A DNA stretch of 64,000 nucleotides from positions 175,624-239,623 of the forward strand of contig DF237021.1 of the NCBI GenBank assembly GCA_000708835.1. Reading direction: 5' to 3'. A program made the position numbers and the translations under genes. Shown piece by piece: positions 51,101 through 62,400 of this stretch. The notes beneath the pieces are model-generated. The model did not search any database and was not told the origin of the DNA. It was given only the letters and a program-made list of their open reading frames with translations. The first letter of the stretch is position 1. The number at the start of each line of letters is the position of its first letter. Source of the stretch: Klebsormidium nitens. Lineage: Eukaryota; Plantae; Klebsormidiophyceae.

Positions 51101-54100
51101 ATCTCTAGTTACCTTCGCCCTGAGCCTACTTGTGCGTATAGCTGGACAAGCTCTTCTCTGCGAGGCGAAGACAGTTGCACCACACTTATGGTTCATTGCA
51201 TTGACCAAGCTTACACTGGACGAGCTTTTATGCCACCGCCAAAGGTTTTATTTCTCTCCGTGTTTCTCGAAGGAGCGCGTGTTGAACAGATTCTCTCCTT
51301 TCTGATCCGTTCTGGAGCCCTTTCTGCTTAGTGTTAAACCCTTGCAACTTTGTTTCTGAACATGCCCTGTTGTAAACGGTGCCCACTTAGGGCACCTCGT
51401 AGGTGGGTGCAAGCTGTCGTCGACTAAAAGTGAGTCATACTGAAGTTGGGTACGCACCGGAAAAGGCTAGATGTCGATCACAGCATTTAAAAGGGCCATG
51501 AAGGTACTCAAAACGGTGGTCCTACGCCAGTGCGTTTCTGGTAACTGACGCCCGCTAACACTGCAATGAAGTCTTTGAAGAAGCGAAACGAGCGTTCCCT
51601 ATGCGTTGGAATCGTGAAGCCGGAATCCCCAGTAGGTCTTATTTGTGTTGAGCACTGCAGGGACGAGGTTTCCAAAGTTTCTACCAGTCCCTTTCTTCTT
51701 TCTGCTCGACAACAGGGATATCGAGGTTAACATATTCACTGCCCATATTTGTAGAATCTGTTCTCAGCAAATATGAAAGGTAAGAGTTTGCGCCATGCTG
51801 TTGCTTTAAAAAGTTAAAGCACCGCTCTTCAATCGCTCGTTCTCGGATGGGAGACCAGCCCAATCACTGTCGTCAAGCGCCGAATCCCCAGTGCTTGACA
51901 GACCTCTTCACAGACTGCTACTTTAGTGCTGCACATGACGCTTCGTAAATCGTCAGGTTCCTTACCAGCTTCCTACCGGGCCGACGTGTCGTCTTAGAAG
52001 CGTGCCAAGGACATGCTTTGCAGCTGGGCACCAGGACGGACTGGCCAGTGCTCAACAGGCGGTAGATGTGGGAATCTGACGGCACCTTGAGTAACAAAAC
52101 GGCGGTAAAGCCCTCGTCGTTACCTGTCGCTTTCCAGGCTACATGCTCATTCCACCTTAATTCCTCAAGAGTGCTCAACTTTTGATACGAAGAAATCTGA
52201 TGCAATTTGCGCCCTAGGCCCCCGCCTGGGGCGAAGCACTTCACGGATCGACGTCCGCGCCTGGTTTTGTTCGTTCATTCGTCCGCATCTCCTTCTTTGT
52301 CCGCATTCCGCCTTCGGTAGTCCGCACCCTTGTTGGCAGTGGCCCTATGATCGGGCCGTCCCTATAGGCGCATGCTTCGGCCGCTGGACTCGTGTCTCGA
52401 CTTCAGCACAAGTGGCTGCCCGTGTCTGTGTATGTGTAGCAAGCTGTCCGCACCTTGCTACAAGTGGCTCCGATTCCCGCCTAAATGTCGTCATCCAGGT
52501 TGACTGTCCGCAGCTGTTTGTCTATTCCGTCTTCCGGCACCGACTTGTAGTTTTCGGTGTCTCTGACGGTGATCAGAAAGAGGTCCACTACCGTCAATTC
52601 AGAATCAGAGCTTCGCCGAGAATCTGGTCCGGCCGTCTCCTGCCAGTGCTTGCTCTACTGATTGTTGCAAGAGAATCCTGGGCAACGATGCAAAGCCTCC
52701 CGACCTCACTCACCGTGCAGTGACAAATACATGAGGAGCGGGTCTTGACGCCAAGTGGCTCTTTTTGGGAACATATTGAAAAAATACTCTGCTGGATTGG
52801 CGGGGTCACTTTCCATAGTCTTCCTTGTGTAATATCTGAGATATTTGCTTGGGAGAGCGCTGCCGAAATCGAGACGCACCTTTGATTCCTTGGCGCGGCG
52901 GCTGCACATATGACGTAAGGCGACGCCTACCTGCCTCGCTCTTATTATCAAACGCGTTGCTGACTTTTCGCATGCGGATTGAACATCTCCAGTACCAGAA
53001 AGCTATTCCAAAAAGTACGTTTCGATTTGATATCAGGGGAACTTTATTTAGAGGCTTTTCACGTGGCAACGAAGAAGCTCCGGCCACGAGTGGGCTGCCG
53101 CAAAGCCTATTGTACTTGCAAATCCGAACGGAGCCGCACCACGAAAGAGCATGATTGAGAATTCTTTATGGCGCTCCAGCCCCATTTCCGCCATGTGGCA
53201 ATGAAAATGTTGCTAAACGTTTCCATGTGGCAATGAAACGGGTGCTGATCTGATTTCTGGTGGGCTGTCGCGAAGCCCAACGACGTAGTTCCTACTCATA
53301 CGGAGCCATAGCACTCGGTTGACTCCTGGAAGAAAGGCTCAATCCAACCCCGCTGACTCTTGACGATGAAAATTGAAATCTGTCAAATATCCACGTGGCA
53401 ATGAAAGGGCATCAGCCAGCGGTGAGCTTTCGTAAAGCTCACCAATTTCTTCTTCAAGTGGGAGTCACCCTGATAGGCCTGAACGAAAGCAATGCCAGAA
53501 GCTTGAAATACACTATGTAGCGAAGCTATCTTGGCGGGCTGCGATCTTTGGACGGCGCTCGATGTGGTCTGGCTCACGGGTAGAGATCTCCTTTCCTCTT
53601 TTCTGTGCTACAAAGAGTGCTCACACCTTGGAAATACAAATGCTGGGTTCTCTCCTCGGAACGCCTTCCTCGTGAGCGCCCCGCCATTGGCGGGGGATGC
53701 TTTTCGGTGGCAGAACAGTCTCGAGCAATGCTTTTCTAGTGCTACGATCAGTAGAATAATCCGATGCTGCCACTTGACATGGAAAGGTTTCTTGCCACCC
53801 GTAACACAATACGATAAAGTCTTTATAGTCAGTAAAATTGATGGTGGCGTTTATCAAAAAGCAACTTGTAGCATTTTTCAGTGGGTCCGAGTCTGTTCTC
53901 CACACGTCAGGAGCTGAATACTGATGTTTTCAGTCGCGTGGAATTGGGAACAAAAACCTTGCCCAAGTGGCTCAGGCCTGACGTTCTTGCAGGGTCATAG
54001 CAGTTGGTCAGGATCGCCCGTCGATCTTGACAAAGATGAAGGTGGAGTGGGACGAACCCACTAACGGACCACATACAACCGCGAACTAAGCGTTGGAGAT

Positions 54101-57100
54101 TTAACCGGGCTGCTGTGGCAGCTCTATGCACCTTCGCCGGCTGGAACTCAGGATGAGCTTTTTTACAAATTCTATTCTGCCTCGACAGAATATGTGTAGG
54201 CGCACACGTGTGTATCTATCTTTCGTGCGATCGTGTGCTTGACACTCCTGATTCATCGGCCTCAGCGACCCTGCAGGAAGAAACAAAGCATATTGTGGCA
54301 ATGACGATCTCGCTTAGCGGCATCGAAGTCGCTCGCCATATTTGGCTTGATTCTGGAGGATGCCATGCAGGTGCCACGACTTTTGACGATTTCTGTGCAG
54401 TGAAGTTACCATGATCGCTTCAAATGAGCAAGGTGCTCAATGACGAGCGTGTGATCCGATGAATTCAGGCTGTCTTTCATCACTCGCTAGCCTTTTTACC
54501 TGTATACAGCCTCGCAATCTGCATGCCGGCCCGGGCCGACAAAAAAGGTCTTCTTCCTTAGACCGTTCGCTACGAGATGGGCATGTCTGATATTCCTGTT
54601 TGCTACGTCGCACCGCCGTCACCATCCGCCATGATTCCTTAATCAGCAGCGTCTTGTTAGGGAACTCCCTCCGTCGAGAGCAGACGCTTGATTTACAACC
54701 AAGCATAAAACCCGTTATGCAATACCTAAGCTAGCAAGCGCTTCACTGACCCGATATGAAGTGCAGCGCGCGCGTCCGCGCCGTCGCTCCTGCCGCGATT
54801 GTGACACGCGCGCGCGATCAGAGCGCGCGCGCGGCTCTGTTCTCTTGGCTCGGCGGCCGCATCCATGCGTCTTCATTGCATACGAAACGCGGTACTGAGC
54901 CGCCTGCCTGCCTCGCAATAACGGTCAGAGGCGTTGCCGTTTTCTGGAATGAGGAACTTTCAAATCTTCAAATGCAGTCCCGGTGACTTTCTTCAGCTAC
55001 TTTCGTGAACACTTGTCTCGTTTTAAGCAGCTGTCTACGTGGCAATGACGCATGCAGCTTCGGCCCCTGCTGGGCTCTTGAGAAGCTCACCGGAGTATTC
55101 ACCATGTCGAACGGAGCCACACGACGTCGCGTTTACTTGGAATAGGTTCTGCGGCAGTGATGTCGAGCGTTTTGTCCGGTACAGCCAGAACATTAGCCAT
55201 ATGTGAAGCCAGTCAGCTCTTCTGTGAGAATACTACCTAGCTTTCCGGAGGCCGGAGGCTCAGCTTCGCGGACTGGCAGGTTCCTTTAAAAATCTCGTTT
55301 CTTGTGCTTGTGTAAGGGAGCTCTGCCTGCTAGAACGAAGCCGAATTGGACGCGTCTCCCCAGGCGGCCGAATGTATGACGTCTTGCCTGCATAAGGCGG
55401 TCGCCTGTACGTGCTTCGTATTGGCAACAGCTGTCGTGGTGTTGCGGAGTTCCGAAACTCACATTTGCAGTCCCAGTGGCGTTTCCACCCACTTTAATGT
55501 TCAGTAATGGTTTGAGAGTTTGTATCTGGCCGGTTTGGCATGGAAGCCGCTCCAGCCAATACAGGTTTCGCAATGCCCACCGCATTTCAATCGACATTCG
55601 AGAGCCACACCACGAGGTTAAAACGAGATTTAAGACTCCCCAATGGTTTCGACCACGCGTACTTTGCTGAATAATCCTCATCGTACTTCTCACGTGGCAA
55701 CGAGGAAGCACCGGCCAATGGTGAGCTGTCGAAGAGCCCACTGGACCGCGTCACTTGCACGGAGCCGACAACACGAGGTTGAATGGAAGACTTCGACGGC
55801 TCCAACCCCGTTTTTTGGCGCTGACATTTCTTTCACCAGTCAACTGTCCACGTGTAGTGGCAGTGAAGTAAATGTGGCCAATCACGGTCAGTTATAAGAA
55901 AACTCACCGGTACACAAGGAAGCGGAGCTACACTAAAAGGTTACTCGAAACAGACGTCAGAGTGCTCAAGCCCTTATGCGGCCATTTGAAAGCTAACTTG
56001 GCGGGCGTGCTTCCACTAAGCGCCGTTTGAATGGTCAAGTTCTTCAAGCAATTCTTATTGGTCTGTTCCATTGTGAAAGTGTGCCAAGGACGTTCTCTGC
56101 AGCTGGGCAACTGGGCCGGCCGCTGCTCAACAGGCGATGGCCAGTTCTGACGGCACCAGGTATAGGCGTTGGAAAGCCCGCGTCGTTGCTTCTTTCATTT
56201 TCAGAGAGCATGCTCATCTTGCGCCCTCTCTCTACAATGGTGACGGCGTTTGAGGACGAACTTGAGAATGTCCACCTAAGTCCGAGGCTCCGCTCGGTGC
56301 GGAGCACCTTATAGACTTCCGCGTCTGATTTTCCGCACTAATCGCATTTTTCAACGACGTGTCTGTCAGGGGGAGGTCCTACTGTGAGGTGATTGATGGC
56401 ATCTTCCGGCTCAGATTTTGGCCCTTGCCCTATTAGCGTAACGGTACCCGCTCTGCTGAAACATATTAATGTCAATGCAACAGTCCTTTGGCTGTGATGT
56501 TGACCCTCTTGTTTCGACCAATTACAGGAGTTGTTTTCGAGCGCACTCTTGAAGCCAAAAAGCTCTTACGTATTCATCTGAAAGTTCTGCAGCCAGAGCG
56601 CTACCCCTTTGATCTGGGCGGCCGCACGTAGGCGTGTTTGTTTTCACGTAGACTAAGGTGCCTGCTTCGAATCTACGGTCAAGAGGCGTTGCCAAGTCAC
56701 CAAACGCGGAGCTTCACAGTCGCAGCTCCGATAAGGTTTTCCCAATTACTTTTTAGTTAGATGCACCTTAAGAGATTGTCCTTGCATTGGCGGCTTTCCA
56801 CGTACGTGGCAATGAAGCAATGAAACTTTGGTGGCCGCGATCGGGAATCCAACCAGCATTTCCGGGCTTCATTGGAGGGGAGCCACAGCAGAAGAACTTC
56901 AAAAAGAGCTCAACGGCTCTTTCCCCGTTCGCTAATGATTCATTGGTTTAGATGTCATCTGTCCACGTGGCAATGAGAAGTTCCGGTCATCGGTGAGCTG
57001 CCGCGTGTCGCAAAGCCCACCACGATCTCTTCGGATTTGAAAGAAGCCTACATTACAATAGACGGATTCAACCCGCACTGATGCTTTTGCTGCGGCATTT

Positions 57101-58784
57101 GTTGACAGCCTGCTTTTCTCAAGCGTCACACACAGGGAAGGGGCGGGCTAGATCTACTGCCTCACGGGTCGAGCGGCCCAGTCACAAGCAAGTTCTTCGA
57201 AGCTGCTCTTCCATCTCCGACCTGTTATTGTTTGCTTCTCTCTCAGTCGTCTGTTCATGAGGCACCAAGCAGAAAGCGAGATCAGTCGTTTGATTCTTTT
57301 GGTTCCTCTATTGCACATTGCTTTTGCGTGATCCTTGGTAGATGTCCTTCGGGACGTTTCCCTTCAGGGAAAATTGTCAATCTCGAAGGAAACCGGAAGC
57401 AAGCTGTCGAAGCACAGCGAAGACAGGTGTTGGAAAGGTGAATATGAGACCGATGAAGACCGAAGGTCCACGCTTTGGTTAATTTGGTCCCAACACTAGC
57501 ATTGTCGCCCAACTTTGAACGGAAGTTTTGTGGCAATGACAAACCGCTTTGGCGGCAACGTGTTGCCAGGCTCGGTTCTCGCTGAAATTCACGTGGCTTA
57601 TTAATTGAGATCTACTGTACCTGATCTTTGCCTTAAGTATGTCGTCAAAGACGCGCAGTAACGAGCAAGCCAGGAACTCAGCTGCTTTGTTATTCATTTT
57701 ATCTCACAATCTGCTTAGAGGCCTAAAAGAGAGGTCTTCTTTATCAGATTGGCAAGGAGAGGGGCCAGTGGTGTGACAGCAATTTCTGCTGGCAGATACA
57801 GCTCGTCTGGAGCCACGTGTCAGGATACTTCGTGCTTTCTTTATGCGCTCAATGACCTCAATTCGAGTAGAGATGGTCATGTCCTGTTTTCTTCTGAACT
57901 CGCGCCGCGGTGTCGTTGGATTTTCGTGTCTTCGACGAAGATCATTTGCTCCTTGATCCAATAGGGCATCATGTTCGTTTTCTCCTTGGGTAGGCGCAGA
58001 CCTTCTTCGGAGTAAACGACAAAGCCCTCATCTGACACCATGCGTTTCGCTTGAGGAATCTAGAGCCTTCAGTGGGTCTCCTCTCGAAAGCAGTATTCCT
58101 TAAAGCATTGGTTCCCACCGACGTAGTTTCTTTTGCCCATTTGAAGCATCCTGAGTGTGGGCGCAAGCTTAGATTTGTCACCAACATCGTCTGAGTCTAG
58201 TAGCATTGGAAGACTTTCCGTTCATTTTATTTTTTTCCATGCACGGCACGCAGTGTGCGGAGCGGCGGCCGCGGACATGCCTGATCCCGTCAAAATTCGA
58301 CGGCAGCGATGAGGGCCTCGGATCGGCTTTTCAAATCGTACAGAACTTCCTCGTGAGTACGCATGCGGCCACAAGTTCCTCAAAAAATTCTTCATTCTGG
58401 GAAGCCCTCTAGCTCAGCCTCAAAATAAGCTGAAAGCCGTTCCTTGCTGACGGCATCACTTCAAGTTTCACGAAGCCTTCGGGATCGAATCTCGTCAAGT
58501 ATGACGTCACGAGCGCCATACGAGGAAGCTTTTCTGTACGAGGAAGCTTTTCTTCATTCTTGTTTCTCCGCTTCTCTGTCGTCACCGCTTTTCCTCTTTG
58601 AATGTTTGTGAAGAATTAACGGTTGCACGGACTGCAGTTTACATCGTCAAGTCCTTCTACTCTGTCGTATTCTGACTCTCATCAAAGTTGTGTCAAGGAC
58701 GTGCTTTGGCGCAGCTGGGCACTTCGGCAGACCGGCCAGTGCTCAAAAGTTGTTTGCTACGAGCTGGCCAGCTCTTAAGGCACC
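42140..58784 (+). repeat. Module A: seven ~75-95 bp nested-stem elements GTGCCAAGGACGTGC...TCTGACGGCACC
   Basis: Copies lie at 42140-42214, 46595-46675, 48291-48379, 49687-49767, 52002-52086, 56081-56157 and 58690-58784. The terminal GTGCC/GGCAC and internal TGRGCA/TGCTCA sequences can pair. Confidence 0.85.
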
Positions 58785-59450
58785 GTGCCTAATGCTAATT
58801 GGATTCATTCCTTGTCGTTACCTTCCGCTTCTGTCTTTTCCAAGCTGCACGCTTATCCTGCTCACAGCGATAAATGCTCAAGACCCACAAAAAAGAATCC
58901 ATAATAATTGTTTCCAAGGCCCCAACGCCTGGCCCCAAGACCTGATTGCGATGGTGCGCGTCCGAACGTCCGCACCTGGGTGTCCGAGTCGTCTTGCGTC
59001 CGCACCCATTTGTCCGAATCTCACTTTACATTGCTGTTTCTGTGTTTGTTTGACCGCATCTTTCCGCCGGCACCTACGTACTCCCATCTAGTTGTTCGCA
59101 TCTAGTACTCGTCCTCATCTGACCGTCTCCGGCCTAATGAGAAGGTTTTGGCATTTAACCGTGGATGGTTATGGGCTGCTAATGTGGCTGGTTAGCTAGA
59201 GTATCGTACCCAGCCCCGAACAAGTTCATGCTCGGTTATTGGTCGAACGACCTGGGACCGTCTTAAGTCAAGTCTGGCAATCAACCTGGTCATAAGCAGC
59301 CAAATTGCTGCCCGCGTCGACTTTGACTTGGCTGGTGTCGGCATCTGCGGTAATTAGCATCGGACTGTCCGCGTTACGCTGCACGCGTCCGGTTTCGGTC
59401 CGGATCTTGTCGTCCTCATGTCCCAATACTCTAACGAATATCTAACTGTC
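42380..59450 (+). repeat. Clusters of the short motif (T)GTCCGCA(T/C)C downstream of module A
   Basis: Dense clusters occur at about 42380-42620, 45300-45400, 46960-47150, 49990-50400, 52250-52510, 58960-59100 and 59360-59450, mostly in the same orientation. Confidence 0.75.
54760..54835. repeat. Alternating (CG)n tracts with Z-DNA potential
   Basis: gcgcgcgcgt, cacgcgcgcgcg and gagcgcgcgcgcgg lie within about 75 bp. Similar GC-rich islands occur at 38440-38780 and 63965-64000. Confidence 0.55.
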
Positions 59451-62400
59451 CGTTCTCACGAGCCTCCCGCTCTAGATTTGAGTTGAAATGCATCTGCCCC
59501 CAAGATCCGTGGGGCCGAAATGTATGCTTTTGCAAACACCTTTGACCTTACCATCGCGAGCTTGCTCATACGTAGTCTGACAAGTTCGCAGAAACCGGCC
59601 GGCCTGTGGCCGTGATGTCAAGCTCAATGACTGCACCAAACAAGTCAAGAGCGGTTCGTCAACCGTTGAAGCCAATCAGCCCCTGTTTCCGGATAGTTCC
59701 CCGCTTGCGCCTCTTCCTCGAAACTGATTCCCCTGCGGTCTTCTTTATCGTGCATCGTGCGTGAAAACGTTCATCAGACGTGAGCTTTGCAAGCCAGAAG
59801 GGCGCAGCCGCAAGAAAAACGCCTCCGAACCCTGCGCGCACGCGGTCGGAGGCCGCCCGCATGTATGTCGTATACATAGCTGACGTAAGGCGGTCGCCTG
59901 CCGGCTTCGCACTGACTGTCAGAGGCGTTGCCGAAACATCTATCTTGGAAACTCATCTTTGCAGCCCCCTGAGTGGCCTTTTCCAGCTGCTCGCCAGTAC
60001 GCGTCAATTCTGTCAGCTGTCCACGTCGTGGCAATGAAGACGCTCCAGCCGATGGTGGGCTGTCGTTTAGCCCACCTGTCTCATTGTAAACTAGGAGCCA
60101 CACCACGAGGTTCCAAACAAGGCTTCAACACCATTAGCGGCGACGTTAATATGTAACCTAATCAACTGTCCACGTGGCAATGAAGGATTACCAGCCAATG
60201 GTGAGCTTTCGTAGAGCCCCCCGGTCCTCTTTTATCCAATGAGAGCCACACTACGAGTTTAAGCGAAAGGGTCGCCGACTGATCTATAACTCCATTGATC
60301 ACGGCGGGTTTGGCTTGGAGGGCTGCTTATCTGGCAGCAAACGACTCGGTCGGATTTAGGGGATGCAATCCTTGCTTCTTTTCGTTGCTTGATGAGAGCA
60401 CCTTGAAAAGCTTCTGCTGGGTCCCCGTGTTTGAAAGTCGCTTCTGCTCTCTTTCTCTGGCTCATCAATCAATGCTTGATCATGAGGCGGGAGAGGAAGG
60501 CCGTCGAGAGAAATTGAGGGGAACGGCAGGAATCGACCAGTAAGGGGCTGCCACGTGGAAGTGACAACCTTCTGGCAACCTCTAACCCGACCTTTCAAAG
60601 TAAAAGCGGAAGGGCAGTGTTTTCGCAAGCGCTGCGGCTGTCCTAGATACAGTTGCCGAATGTTGCCGAAAGAACTTCAGGAACAGCTGTGTTACTTGGG
60701 AATGCTTCGTTTTCACGCTGAGCTTTTCATATGTACTTTCTCTCTACCATTTCAGAGGCCTACTAGAAAGGTATCTCTGTTTGGTTGGATATAAGATGGT
60801 CTGCCGGTCTAGTAGTTCCACGTCAAAGGCTGCACTGAGGTATTTGTGGCACAACGCGAAGTCAAGCTAACTCGTAAAGCCGACTCATGCTTACACGTCT
60901 GCGTCGAAACAACTCATGCTCCCTCCCCTGGCAGCTCGAGTCAGGGCAGTTTGCAGCATGCTCGGTCGCTGGGTGAGGTCGCAACTAAACTGGTTGAATT
61001 TCTTTGTTCTGTATTGTCTATGATTTATAGCCTTCGTTTGGCGACGATGAAAGTAATGATGTATGGCACGTTACTTCAGACAAAGCTCGATGTCGCACTG
61101 CTTCACGGGGCCATTCTGCCCGAGCACCTTCAATCTTCTCGCACCAACGGAGCTGCCCTATGGTCATATAAAGGTTAGAAACGTGCTGGGCCACACCAAA
61201 ATTCCGAATCTGGTGACGAATCACGTCCCTCTCTGCGTGATAGGAGAAAACTCCAAAAGTCAAAAGTGGGCTCGTGGATCGTGAGTCACGCGTTCCAAAT
61301 ATCCCCGGCAAATAAAGTTCACCCAGCTTGAAGCGAGCAACTCGTTCCACTTTGGACAGAATCGGAGGTTTCTTGAATACCTGGACTGTATCAGGCCCCC
61401 TCCCAAGAAGAATCGTAGCAGTGGCGACAAGGTCTGGCCGATCAGATTGACCGGATCGACCAGAGAGTGAAGAAAAGCGAACCACATTTAGAGCCGCAAG
61501 AGTTCATTTTCACGGACGATCGACTTAATAGGTGCCGCCGGTGCTCTAGCGGGCTCTAGCTTTCTGTTCATCGTGGCCCACTTATTATGAGATCTGATTC
61601 TGCCTTTGCGCTCTAACGCTCGAATATTGAAGGAAGGTCTGTGAATTCGATGTCGGTTTTCTCTGTGGATCAACGGCGTGAGAAAGACCCGATTGCGAGT
61701 CTGCTCATTGTGCTCGCCATCTTTGTTTCACAATCTTGGACCCTTTCAAACAGGAACGGGTGAATCGAAAGATCTTCCTTCCCGAGCTAGCTGGGACCGG
61801 CTATGAAAATCAACTCTAGCTAGAGTTCGATAAGCATTTTTTGTTTGCAAGTCGATCGAAGCAAGCGCCGCTACAAGCTTTCACGTGGCAATGACCAGCC
61901 TCATATATTCTGGTGGGATGTCAGTAAACCACGACGCGAATGGGAACAGTTTCAGAGCCAACGTGGACTGTTTCAGATGAGGGTCGGCTCCAACTACGAG
62001 CTTGTCATTAAGGTTCTTTCGTTGAGCGCAAGCTGTTTTTAGCCGCAAATACCTCTGATTCAACGTGACCCACGCACTGGCAAGACCGATACCATGCTTC
62101 CTGTCCATATTCTTAGATGATTAAGAATCCGAGGAAACAGAAGAGCTTAGTAAGTCATGTGATTACGTCCCGTGCTAGCTCTGTAAGGAAGCAAGGCACA
62201 ATCTTCCAAATGGAGCTGCAGTGGTCTGTACTAGTGTGCTTTTAGAAGCTAGCAATCGTCTAGACGTCAGCTGCGCCGGCGGCGTCCGGTCCAGTACTGC
62301 TGTCATGCAATCGCCTCTGTCAAAAATCTGGCGATGAGTGATGTGGGGGTAATTTGGCACACTTCTGCCATGTCAGTTCCCTCTCGTGAGTGCCACATGA

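Larger units (their letters stand above)
26778..61990 (+). repeat. Dispersed/tandem monomer family CCACGTGGCAATGA-N12-17-stem-loop-GGAGCC...GGCTCC (~35-40 copies)
   Basis: Exact CACGTGGCAATGA occurs at 35417, 43553, 47919, 49312, 49470, 53392, 56964, 60171 and 61882. Near-exact variants occur at about 26778, 27479, 27816, 28342, 29311, 31452, 31984, 33531, 33871, 34422, 37443, 40361, 40721, 41228, 43231, 46182, 48084, 53060, 53191, 53223, 54296, 55037, 55691, 55848, 56798, 57531 and 60021. Confidence 0.9.
42100..62000 (+). repeat. Array II: decayed higher-order tandem repeat with a ~1.39-kb core unit (module order A-B/C-D-E-F1-F2)
   Basis: Module spacings are conserved: D 47379 to 48766 (1387 bp), F1 47919 to 49312 (1393 bp) and A 48292 to 49687 (1395 bp). 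D to F1 is 540, 546 and 539 bp (47379, 48766, 55152). Further partial units lie at about 42.1, 46.6, 52.0, 56.1 and 58.7-60.3 kb, separated by unique DNA. Confidence 0.9.

Noticed and set aside
53421-53443. tRNA T-arm or B-box-like loop TTCGYAA in some hairpins
   Set aside because: It lacks the G53/A58/C61 B-box pattern, an A box and a cloverleaf.
47940-60060. GGTGAGC in the hairpins as canonical 5' splice donors (repeated exons or introners)
   Set aside because: There is no consistent upstream AG acceptor and no conserved reading frame, and several copies lack the GT.
47919-60200. CRISPR-array interpretation of the recurring ~20-nt motif
   Set aside because: The intervening sequences are ~140 bp or more and homologous to one another, the repeats are degenerate, there are no cas genes, and the context is eukaryotic.
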